The position numbers and the translations under genes were made by a program. Shown here piece by piece: positions 52,587-60,814 of a DNA stretch of 64,000 nt (the stretch's first letter is position 1; the number at the start of each line of letters is the position of its first letter). The stretch spans positions 91,742-155,741 of the forward strand of contig CAWATN010000013.1 of the NCBI GenBank assembly GCA_963784945.1. The letters run 5' to 3'. The stretch is from an uncultured Thermoleophilia bacterium (lineage in GTDB: Bacteria > Actinomycetota > Thermoleophilia > Gaiellales > Gaiellaceae). A model generated the notes under the pieces. The model worked only from the letters and a program-made list of their open reading frames with translations. It searched no databases and was not told the DNA's origin.

Positions 52587-53324
52587 TCAGGGCGTACGAC
52601 GGCGGAGCGTGGCAGCGCCGAGCGTCAGCGCCAGTAGCGTCGAGCCGATGACAACGGCAACATCGGCGAAGAAGCGTGGGCCGAGAGTGGGATCGTGCGC
52701 CGCCCGGTCGAGCGCATCGAAGGCGTAAGTGAGCGGCAGGATGGACGAGACCGCTTGCAGCCAGCCGGCCATCTGATCCTGGGCCACGAACAGACCGCAG
52801 AGCAGAATCTGCGGAAGAACGAAGGCCGGCATGAACTGAACCGCCTGGAACTCCGTCTGGGCAAAGGCGCTCACGAACAGCCCGAACGCCATGCCGAGGG
52901 TCGCGTTGGCGACGGCGAGCAGCACGATCAGGGCGTCCGAGTGCACGCTGTGCAGGCCGAGGAGCCTGAAGCCGACGATCGACACGACCACGGCTTGCAC
53001 CACAGCCACGGCGGCGAACGCGATGCCGTAGCCGAGCAGGAGCTCGAGCTTCGTGAGCGGCGTCGTCAGGAGCCGCTCGAGAGTCCCTGTGGTTCGCTCG
53101 CGCAACATCGTGATCGATGTGACGAGAAACATGCTGATCAGCGGGAAGAGCCCGAGCATCGGGACGCCGACGCTCTGGAATACTTGCTGCCGTCCGGCGA
53201 ACAGTTGGTCGACGAGGAGGAGGAGCACACAGGGAACAAGGAGCAGGAGCGCGAGCGTTCTTGGATCGCGTCGAAGCTGCGAGAGCACCCGGGCAGAGGT
53301 CGCACCGATGCGGGAAGCGCTCAC
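52587..53324 (-). CDS. ABC-2 type exporter permease
   Basis: The GTG at 53324 overlaps the ATPase stop (GTGA). The product has six hydrophobic segments and the N-terminus ...LSQLRRDPRTLALLLLVP, typical of the ABC-2 family. Confidence 0.8.
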   Translation of the reverse strand: MSASRIGATSARVLSQLRRDPRTLALLLLVPCVLLLLVDQLFAGRQQVFQSVGVPMLGLFPLISMFLVTSITMLRERTTGTLERLLTTPLTKLELLLGYGIAFAAVAVVQAVVVSIVGFRLLGLHSVHSDALIVLLAVANATLGMAFGLFVSAFAQTEFQAVQFMPAFVLPQILLCGLFVAQDQMAGWLQAVSSILPLTYAFDALDRAAHDPTLGPRFFADVAVVIGSTLLALTLGAATLRRRTP

Positions 53325-54049
53325 GGTGCTGCGCTTCCCTCGACGAGCTGGAGGAACGCGGCGTCGAGATCGCGCGCGCCGGTGCGCCTCAGAAGCTCGC
53401 CGGGGGTGAGATCGGCCAGGATGCTGCCTTCGCGAAGGAGCAGCAACCGTTCGCACCGTGCCGCCTCGTCCATGACGTGGCTCGAGACGAGCAGCGTCGT
53501 GCCGCCGGCGGCGAGTTCGTGGAAGAAATCCCACAGGTCGCGGCGGAGCACGGGATCGAGGCCGACGGTGGGCTCGTCGAGCACGAGGACGTCAGGCTCA
53601 CCTAGCAGCGCCGTCGCGAGCGAGACCCGTGCCTTCTGACCGCCGGAGAGCCTCCCGACGAGCCGTGCGGCCGTATCGGCGAGACCGACACGTTCGATCG
53701 CCTCGTCTACCCGAGAGCGCGGCTCGCCAAGAACCCGTGCGAAGTACGCGAGGTTTTCACGCACCGAGAGGTCACCGTAGACGGAGGGCGACTGAGTCAC
53801 GTAGCCGACTCGGCTGCGAAGCTCCGGCGTGCCTGCAGGGAGCCCGAGGACGCGCACATCTCCGCCGGCCACGACCTGGACGCCGACGACCGACCGCATC
53901 AGGGTCGACTTGCCGCTGCCGCTCGGGCCGAGCAGGCCCGTGACGACGCCCCCGTCGACGGACAGAGTGAGATCGCGGATGACGGTGACGCCGCCGCGGT
54001 CGACGCGGAGACCCGCTATCTCGATCGTGGGAGCCACCGCTTGATCCAA
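53321..54049 (-). CDS. ABC transporter ATP-binding protein
   Basis: Walker A is GLLGPSGSGKST, the signature is LSGGQKARVSLA and Walker B is VLVLDEPT. Confidence 0.9.
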   Translation of the reverse strand: MDQAVAPTIEIAGLRVDRGGVTVIRDLTLSVDGGVVTGLLGPSGSGKSTLMRSVVGVQVVAGGDVRVLGLPAGTPELRSRVGYVTQSPSVYGDLSVRENLAYFARVLGEPRSRVDEAIERVGLADTAARLVGRLSGGQKARVSLATALLGEPDVLVLDEPTVGLDPVLRRDLWDFFHELAAGGTTLLVSSHVMDEAARCERLLLLREGSILADLTPGELLRRTGARDLDAAFLQLVEGSAAP

Positions 54050-54073
54050 TCACGCCCGGGTAGGCTTCGTGCG

Positions 54074-55012
54074 GTGAGAGTTCCGTTCTTCTCGGGCGCC
54101 GACGTCGAGCGCGCCGTCTCGCCGCATGAGGCGTACGACGCGGTGAAGAACGCCTTCGTCGCCCATGCAACCGGCGACTGGACAATGCATCCCAAGATCT
54201 ACGTCTCGGGGTCTGCCGCCGGGGACTTCCGGGCGATGCCGGCGGTCGGGGACGGGCACGTCCTGCTCAAGTGGGTGACGTCGTTTCCCGGGAACCCACA
54301 GCAAGGCCTGCCGACCGTTACTGGCTTGGTGCTGCTCTCCGACTCCGAGACGGGCGTACTGCTTGCCGTCCTCGACGCGGCGGCGGTGACGGCTCTCCGA
54401 ACGGCAGCAGCCGCGGTGATCGCGGCAGAGACCCTGTGCCGCGCGGGTGCTAGCTCTACCGCCGTCGTCGGTTGCGGCGTCAACGGTGCCGAGACGGTGC
54501 GGATGTTCCGAGCGCTCGGTAGCGACGTGCTCGTCTGGGATCTCGACGCCGCACGGGCTTCATTCGTCGCAGACCGGCTCGGGGCTCGCGTGGCCGACTC
54601 GCAGACCGAGGCGCTCGCCGCAGACATCGTCGTGACGGTCACCCCCGGTCGTGACCTGCTCTTCCCCGAAGGCTCGCTTCGCGACGGCCAGCATGTCTCG
54701 ATGATGGGAGCAGACGGGCCAGGGAAAGCCGAGGTCGCGATCGCCGAGCTGGAACGGGCTGACCTCTTCTGCGACGACTGGGAGCAGGCCAGCCACGGGG
54801 GCGAACTGGCGGCGGGGGTCGCGGCGGGAAACATCACACAGGATGACGTGACCCAACTGGGCGATGTTCTCGCCGGGCAGGCCGAAGGTAGACGCTCCGC
54901 GAGGGACATCACGCTCTTCGACTCGACCGGGCTCGCGATCCAGGACCTCGCCATTGCCAAGGTGGCGGCACCGAAGATGAGCGATCTGGATCTGCCGACG
55001 CTCGAGATTTGA
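54074..55012 (+). CDS. ornithine cyclodeaminase/mu-crystallin family protein
   Basis: The product contains ...LKWVTSFPGNPQQGLPTVTGLVLLSDSETGVLLAVLDAAAVTALRTAAA... and the Rossmann motif VVGCGVNG. The start could be the GTG at 54074 or the TTG at 54041. Confidence 0.7.
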   Translation: MRVPFFSGADVERAVSPHEAYDAVKNAFVAHATGDWTMHPKIYVSGSAAGDFRAMPAVGDGHVLLKWVTSFPGNPQQGLPTVTGLVLLSDSETGVLLAVLDAAAVTALRTAAAAVIAAETLCRAGASSTAVVGCGVNGAETVRMFRALGSDVLVWDLDAARASFVADRLGARVADSQTEALAADIVVTVTPGRDLLFPEGSLRDGQHVSMMGADGPGKAEVAIAELERADLFCDDWEQASHGGELAAGVAAGNITQDDVTQLGDVLAGQAEGRRSARDITLFDSTGLAIQDLAIAKVAAPKMSDLDLPTLEI

Positions 55013-55133
55013 GCTCCGCGGTGTTCGAGGCGTTTCTGGCCCGGCTCCCCGACAGCGGAAGCTCGTCGGCTCGGCCGCAGCCCTGACGCGGAGCCCGATC
55101 CCCGGCCGTGTGTCTCGGTCGAGCGAGACCTGA

Positions 55134-56267
55134 TCAGTCAGCGTTGAGAAGGCGGGCGGGATCGAACAGGTCCAGAAACGGAACATCATGGCCAACGACC
55201 GCCTGAGCAACGAGCTCACCGCAGGCGAAGCCGAGCACGTTGCCGTGGCCCGAGTAGCCGCCGGCGACCCAGACGTCCTCGAGCTCCGGCACCCGTCCGA
55301 CGACGGGTAGGAAGTCCATCACCATGCCGAAGATGCCCGCCCAGGCGTAGTCGACCCGCAGCTCGCGTCCGAGCAGGCCGTTGACGAAGGCGCGTAGCGC
55401 GTGCTGCACGGTCTCGGTCAACTCCTCGTCGGCCGTGAACTCCGTGTCGAAGGAGACGTCCCGGAAGCCACCGGCGACGATTCGGCCGTCCTCGTCCTGG
55501 TGCCAGTAGTCGTAGCCGTGACGTCCGTAATGCGGCACCTCGAACAGTCGCTCGGGGATCGGTTCGGTCGCGATCACCTGACCACGTGTCGGGATGATCA
55601 GCCCTTCGATCGAGCCGAGGAGACCGCTCGGATAGCCGTCTGTGCAGACAACGACGGTCGCGCCGCCGAGCTCGTCGAGCGACGATACGCGGGTGCGCTC
55701 CCGGATCTCGACGCCGGCCTCGGCGGCGAGGAGCGCGAGCCGCCGTACGAAGCGCGCCGGCTGCAATACCCCATCGGGGACATGGCGGAGGGCCGCGGTG
55801 AAACGGTCAGCGAGTGGCACTTCGGTGCCTTCCAGCCAATCGGCAGCGAAACCGGCGGCCACCAGGGCCTCGAACTCCGTCCGAAGCTCGGCGCGCTCCT
55901 CCTCGTCGACCGCAATCCGCAGCGAGCCGACCCTCCTGAAGGCGTCGCCGGCCAGCGCCTCGATCGTGTCGAGCGCCCGTTCCGTCCACGCAGTCAACGC
56001 CCGGGCAACCTGCTCACCGACCGAGTCGACCGTGACGTCGAACGGGGCCGGCATGCCCCGCAGCGCGAAGCCGCCGTTGCGGCCGCTCGCGCCACCCGCC
56101 ACTTCGCGCGCGTCGTAGAGCCGCACGCGCCTGCCTGCCTCGGCGAGGCGCAGCGCGGCGGTACAACCCGTGACCCCCGCACCGACGACGACGATCTCGG
56201 GGTCGTCGACGGTGACCGCAGGTAGCAGCGGAGCCGGTTCGCTGAGCCAGTAGGGAACCACGCGCAC
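55134..56267 (-). CDS. FAD-dependent oxidoreductase (DAO family)
   Basis: The dinucleotide fold is IVVVGAGVTGCTAALRLAEAG, followed by GASGRNGG and a C-terminal GGYSGHG. The start is the GTG at 56267 or 56261. Confidence 0.8.
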   Translation of the reverse strand: MRVVPYWLSEPAPLLPAVTVDDPEIVVVGAGVTGCTAALRLAEAGRRVRLYDAREVAGGASGRNGGFALRGMPAPFDVTVDSVGEQVARALTAWTERALDTIEALAGDAFRRVGSLRIAVDEEERAELRTEFEALVAAGFAADWLEGTEVPLADRFTAALRHVPDGVLQPARFVRRLALLAAEAGVEIRERTRVSSLDELGGATVVVCTDGYPSGLLGSIEGLIIPTRGQVIATEPIPERLFEVPHYGRHGYDYWHQDEDGRIVAGGFRDVSFDTEFTADEELTETVQHALRAFVNGLLGRELRVDYAWAGIFGMVMDFLPVVGRVPELEDVWVAGGYSGHGNVLGFACGELVAQAVVGHDVPFLDLFDPARLLNAD

Positions 56268-56314
56268 GATCCTACGGATTAGGATCCAGCCGGGGCTCAC
56301 GCCCTTCCCCGCGC

Positions 56315-57934
56315 ATGACGTCGCTAGCCCACTCCGAACGCGAGATCCCCCGCGAGACGCTCGCGGCCGCGGGCGTCGCGGCGGTCCTGGCTGCCACTCT
56401 CGCCTGGTTCGGGCCACCCGGCAGCGACTTCGCCGCTCACCTCTACCAGAGCGACCTCTTCGAGGATCACGGGTTCGGAATCTGGAACAACTTCTGGTAC
56501 GCCGGGCGCTACAGCTTTGTCACGTACAGCCTCCTGTACTACCCGCTCGCCGCCCTGATCGGGATCAAGCTGCTCGCCGTCCTCAGCATTGCGACGGCGG
56601 CGCTTGCGTTCGGAGTCGTCTCGGCTCGCGAGTGGGGACCCGCCTCACGGTGGGCGAACCGGTCGTTCGCCGTCGTCTGGGCCGGAGTCATCCTTTCGGG
56701 AGCGTTCCCGTTCGCCCTCGGCGTGGCGCTCGCGCTCCTCGCGCTCTGGGCACTACAGATCGGCCGCATCGGGAGGTTCGCGCTCCTGACGGCGCTGGTT
56801 CTCGCGGCGAGTCCGGTGGCGTTCGTCCTACTCGCGATAATTCTGGCGGGCGTGGGACTCGCCCGGGCATCGCGCGGCGCCGAGCTCGCCCTGCCTCTCG
56901 CCACGCTCGCCGTCGCGAGCGGCGCCGAGCTCGTGCTCTTGCGTCTCTTCCCCGCGGCCGGCAGGTTTCCGTTCTCGCTCCCCGAGTTTGCGGCTGCCTG
57001 CGTCTTCTGCGGCCTCGGCATCCTGCTCACGTGGCGCGTGCCGACGGCCGGCGTGCTGCGATGGACGTATGTCGTCTATCTCCTCGCATGCACGACCGCG
57101 TACCTCGTTCCGTCCGGCCTCGGCGAGAACATCGCACGGCTCCGATACGCAGCAATCCCGATCGCCATCCTGACGCTGTCCCTGCGGCGCTGGCGACCGC
57201 TACCGCTCGCCGTTCTAGCGCTGTCGCTCGCGGTCTCCTGGAATCTGACCCCCCTCGCCGGCAGCTTCGTCAAGGCAAGCGCCGACCCGGCGGCTGATCC
57301 TGCGTACTGGGCTCCGGCGGTGCAATTTCTGCACGGCCACCTCACGCCGTCCTACCGCGTAGAGGCGGTCGACACCGTCGGCCACTGGCCTGCGGCCTAT
57401 CTCCCGGCCGCCGGTATCCCGATCGCGCGGGGCTGGTTCCGACAGGACGATTTCCCACGCAACGGTGTCCTCTACGACGAGCTCACGCGCGTTTCGTACC
57501 TGACCTGGCTTCGGTCGCTCGGCGTCCGGTACGTCGTCCTGCCCGATGCGCCCCTCGACTACAGCGCGAAACACGAAGGAGCCCTGCTCGCCGGCGGCAG
57601 TTCCGGTCTGCGTGTCGTGTTCAGGTCGGCCCACACGACGGTCTATGCCGTCCCGTCAGCGCGAGCGATCGTGACAGGGCCGGGAAGCGCCCGTGTCGTC
57701 GCTCTCGGCCAGCACCGGATCACCGTTGCCCTCGGCCGCCCCGGCGCCTACCGCATAGCTACCAACTGGTCGCCGTACTGGCATACCGAGACAGGGTGCC
57801 TCTCCAAGGGCGCAGACGGCACCGTACGGCTCTCGACGACACGAGCCGGTGTTGTTCGTCTCAACCTCTCGGTCAACGCGCAGGGCGCTCTAGCGGCGCT
57901 CGAAGGGAACTCGAAGTCGAGGTGCGCGCGGTGA
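56315..57934 (+). CDS. large polytopic membrane protein of unknown function
   Basis: The 539-aa product has about 10 TM segments and then a soluble C-terminal domain of about 200 aa. I recognise no family confidently. Confidence 0.5.
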   Translation: MTSLAHSEREIPRETLAAAGVAAVLAATLAWFGPPGSDFAAHLYQSDLFEDHGFGIWNNFWYAGRYSFVTYSLLYYPLAALIGIKLLAVLSIATAALAFGVVSAREWGPASRWANRSFAVVWAGVILSGAFPFALGVALALLALWALQIGRIGRFALLTALVLAASPVAFVLLAIILAGVGLARASRGAELALPLATLAVASGAELVLLRLFPAAGRFPFSLPEFAAACVFCGLGILLTWRVPTAGVLRWTYVVYLLACTTAYLVPSGLGENIARLRYAAIPIAILTLSLRRWRPLPLAVLALSLAVSWNLTPLAGSFVKASADPAADPAYWAPAVQFLHGHLTPSYRVEAVDTVGHWPAAYLPAAGIPIARGWFRQDDFPRNGVLYDELTRVSYLTWLRSLGVRYVVLPDAPLDYSAKHEGALLAGGSSGLRVVFRSAHTTVYAVPSARAIVTGPGSARVVALGQHRITVALGRPGAYRIATNWSPYWHTETGCLSKGADGTVRLSTTRAGVVRLNLSVNAQGALAALEGNSKSRCAR

Positions 57935-59519
57935 GCGCCGGTTCGCGCGTCTCGTTCCAGGCGGTGAGCGCCAGACAGCCCAGCGCTCCGTACCCGAGCA
58001 CATCGACCGGAGTGTCGTTGACTCCGAGCGAGACGCCGATAGCAACGAGCATCGCGACGACAACCGGCTGATCGCGCCCTCTGAAGCCGAGCCAGGCGAG
58101 TCCGCCGAGCGACAGGAGACAGAGGAACGTCGTGTGGACGGCGGAGGTTGCGCCCGCCCATGAGATCCGGAGACGCCGATCGAGGTCGTCGAACAACCCG
58201 CCCGGGCCACTGCCGACCGCGTTGGTCACATGGCTCGAGCCACCAAGGAGTGCGTCGAGGCCGACGACGACGAGGCCGACGACGACGACGCCGACGATGC
58301 CGACGATGATCCTGGCCGGCGTGGGCCGGACACGAGCGAGCCCTGCAACGAGCACGGCAAACGCCGAGGCGACGACGAGGAGGCCTCCTCCGTCGGCCCC
58401 GCTTCTGCTCCACCCGACCGTTACGAGCAGTAATGCAGCGATGGCCAGGGAGCCAACCACGCCGACGAGCGCGCCGGCAGCGAGCGACGGCGCGAGTAAC
58501 AACGTCTCGACCTGGTTCGTGACGCCGTAGAATCGTCCGCCCCCGTCCGGATGCGGCCCGATCGCTGCGAGTGCGTTTACCTCGGGCCAGACCGCCAGAA
58601 CCACGAGAAACACGACGAGGAAACACACGACCGACGGGACGAGCAACTCCCGACGGAGGGCAAGGAGCAACGACCCGGCACCGGTGAGAGCAGCGAGCGC
58701 GCCGACGACGGTCGCAGGATGGTCGACGCCGATCGCGCGCAACACGAGTGCCGCCGCGAGGGCGACGGGCGCGACGAGCACAGCGGCCCGGCCGGCGATC
58801 GCCGAGCGCGCGAGAACACCGAGAGCTGCGAACGCGACGAGCCACCCTATGAGCACCAACGTTGCGCCGGTTCGAGCGTCGTGGGCCCGTGCGAGCCGGG
58901 CGTCTAGTCGTGCCAGCGTGGCAACCGCAGCGTCATCCTCACGAGCTCGGATCGGCGGTCTTTCACCTGCCGCAATCGCGGCCGCCGTGGGTGCAACGTC
59001 GGCCAGGGAGACGAGCCCGTCGATCCGCGTCGAGCCAGACGTGAGTAGACCGCGGTACCCTGGCCCGACGATCGCAACGGGGTACCGCACGACGTTGTGG
59101 TGCGATCCGGGGGACGGCAGCGCGAGGTAGATGGTGGTCTCTGCAGGCGCCTTGGCGAGTCGCAGGATCGGCTTCCCGTCGAGGTCGACGAGGGACGATA
59201 CGACGTGGCCGCGAACAAGAGACGCGAGTGCTCGCTGGCGAGTCACCGTTGCACCGGCGCCGGGAACAAGGAGTCCGACAGCACCACGATCGGCGTATGA
59301 CTCGAGCGTAAACGCCGGGACGACCACGACCGCGACCGACCGGTCGGCGGCCGTCGCTGCCGGAGCCGCGACCGCGGCGACGGCGAGCAGCGCGAGGGTG
59401 ACGGTTCGACGCAGGCGGTGGCGTGAAGCGCCGCGCGTGGCCCGGATCAGGTCGATGAGCACGCGCGGATCGTACTGGCGAGGGCGATCGGACAGGCTCC
59501 AACCCGGTGACAGGCGCAT
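57873..59519 (-). CDS. large membrane protein of unknown function
   Basis: The 548-aa ORF has a signal-like N-terminus, a soluble domain of about 200 aa and then many V/G/A-rich TM segments. The true start may be the internal GTG near 59462. Confidence 0.45.
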   Translation of the reverse strand: MRLSPGWSLSDRPRQYDPRVLIDLIRATRGASRHRLRRTVTLALLAVAAVAAPAATAADRSVAVVVVPAFTLESYADRGAVGLLVPGAGATVTRQRALASLVRGHVVSSLVDLDGKPILRLAKAPAETTIYLALPSPGSHHNVVRYPVAIVGPGYRGLLTSGSTRIDGLVSLADVAPTAAAIAAGERPPIRAREDDAAVATLARLDARLARAHDARTGATLVLIGWLVAFAALGVLARSAIAGRAAVLVAPVALAAALVLRAIGVDHPATVVGALAALTGAGSLLLALRRELLVPSVVCFLVVFLVVLAVWPEVNALAAIGPHPDGGGRFYGVTNQVETLLLAPSLAAGALVGVVGSLAIAALLLVTVGWSRSGADGGGLLVVASAFAVLVAGLARVRPTPARIIVGIVGVVVVGLVVVGLDALLGGSSHVTNAVGSGPGGLFDDLDRRLRISWAGATSAVHTTFLCLLSLGGLAWLGFRGRDQPVVVAMLVAIGVSLGVNDTPVDVLGYGALGCLALTAWNETREPALTARTSTSSSLRAPLERPAR

Positions 59520-60810
59520 ACACCTGTCATGCTGGGGCCGGGAGGCTCGAGTCCACGGAGATCAGCGAGGAGCGGCAACGAACGAGGCACCCGGAAGACG
59601 ATCGACCGTCGTTCTCGTCGGCACGCTGGATACGAAGGGTCACGAGTATGCATTCGTGCGCGACCGGATCAGGGCGCGCGGCGTCGACGTGGTTCTCATC
59701 GATGCGGGGATTCTGGGCGAGCCGCTCACCGAACCGGACGTTTCGCACCAGGAGGTCGCGGCCGCGGTCGGAGCGGACGTGAAGGCCCTCGCGGCTGCGA
59801 ACGACCGCGGCGCGGCGATCGAAGTGATGGCGCGAGGGGCGACCGAGGTCGTCCTCCGACTGCACGCCGAGGGGCGGTTCGATGCGATCGGCGCGCTGGG
59901 GGGCACGGGCGGCACGACGATCGCCACCCACGCGATGCGCGCGCTTCCGGTGGGCGTGCCGAAGCTCATGGTCTCCACCGTCGCGTCCGGTGACACGAGC
60001 CCGTACGTCGGCTCCGTCGACGTGACGATGATGTACTCCGTCGTCGACGTCTCGGGCATCAACCAGATTTCGATGCGGATACTGGCGAACGCCGCAGGCA
60101 CGCTCGTCGGGATGGCAACTGAGCCCGTACCGACGGTGGGCCAGGCGCGCCCGCTCGTCGCGGCTTCCATGTGGGGCGTCACCACGCCCTGCGTGACAAG
60201 GGCCAGGGAGCGCCTCGAGGAGCTCGGCTACGACGTTCTCGTCTTTCACCAGACCGGGACGGGCGGGGACTCGATGGAGGCATTGATCAAGACGGGGCTC
60301 GTCGGCGGCGTGCTGGACGTGACGCCGACCGAGCTCGTCGGTGAGCTCGCGGGCGGCATCTGGCCGGCCGGCCCCGAGCGACTCGAGGTCGCGGGGCTCC
60401 TCGGGATCCCCCAGGTCGTCTCTCTCGGCGGGCTCGATCTGATAGCCCTAGGGCCTCCGGATCAGCTTCCGGAGCGCTTCCGCTCCCGCTGGATCTACCG
60501 CCACGACGAGCACATGGCGGCTGCGCGGACAACGCCGGATGAGAGCACGTCGCTAGCGAAGATCATTTCGCGGAAGCTCAATGCCGCGACGGGGCCAGTG
60601 GCGCTCTACGTTCCGCTGCGCGGCTTCTCCCCGCTCTCGGTTCCGGAAGGCGAGTTCCACGACACAGCTGCGGACGCCGCGCTCGTCGAGGGGCTTCGCG
60701 AGCTGATCGACCCGTCGCGCGTGGAGATGCACGAGCTCGACTGCGACATCAACGACCCCGAGCTCGCCGTCGCGATGGCGGAGCGCTTGTACGAGCTCAT
60801 GGCCGGCTGA
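59455..60810 (+). CDS. UPF0261 (Tm-1-like ATP-binding) family protein; start uncertain
   Basis: The conserved region starts at VVLVGTLDTKGHEYAFVRDRI (about 59600). The nearest in-frame canonical start upstream is the ATG at 59455. Confidence 0.65.
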   Translation: MSTRGSYWRGRSDRLQPGDRRIHLSCWGREARVHGDQRGAATNEAPGRRSTVVLVGTLDTKGHEYAFVRDRIRARGVDVVLIDAGILGEPLTEPDVSHQEVAAAVGADVKALAAANDRGAAIEVMARGATEVVLRLHAEGRFDAIGALGGTGGTTIATHAMRALPVGVPKLMVSTVASGDTSPYVGSVDVTMMYSVVDVSGINQISMRILANAAGTLVGMATEPVPTVGQARPLVAASMWGVTTPCVTRARERLEELGYDVLVFHQTGTGGDSMEALIKTGLVGGVLDVTPTELVGELAGGIWPAGPERLEVAGLLGIPQVVSLGGLDLIALGPPDQLPERFRSRWIYRHDEHMAAARTTPDESTSLAKIISRKLNAATGPVALYVPLRGFSPLSVPEGEFHDTAADAALVEGLRELIDPSRVEMHELDCDINDPELAVAMAERLYELMAG

Positions 60811-60814
60811 GGCC

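Noticed and set aside
52584-52589. The stop codons of convergent genes abut and form the palindrome TGATCA.
   Set aside because: This is a coincidental juxtaposition. No hairpin or other structure surrounds it.
57873-57934. The convergent membrane-protein genes overlap by 62 nt at their 3' ends.
   Set aside because: Both C-termini are low-complexity, and one is probably over-extended. There is no evidence of a functional antisense arrangement.
58230-58330. A run of GAC/GCC-type triplet repeats (gacgacgacgaggccgacgacgacgacgccgacgatgcc...) was noticed.
   Set aside because: On the minus strand it encodes the V/G-rich transmembrane segment (IVGVVVVGLVVVGL) of the membrane protein at 57873-59519. 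It is a coding low-complexity region, not a structural repeat or CRISPR array.
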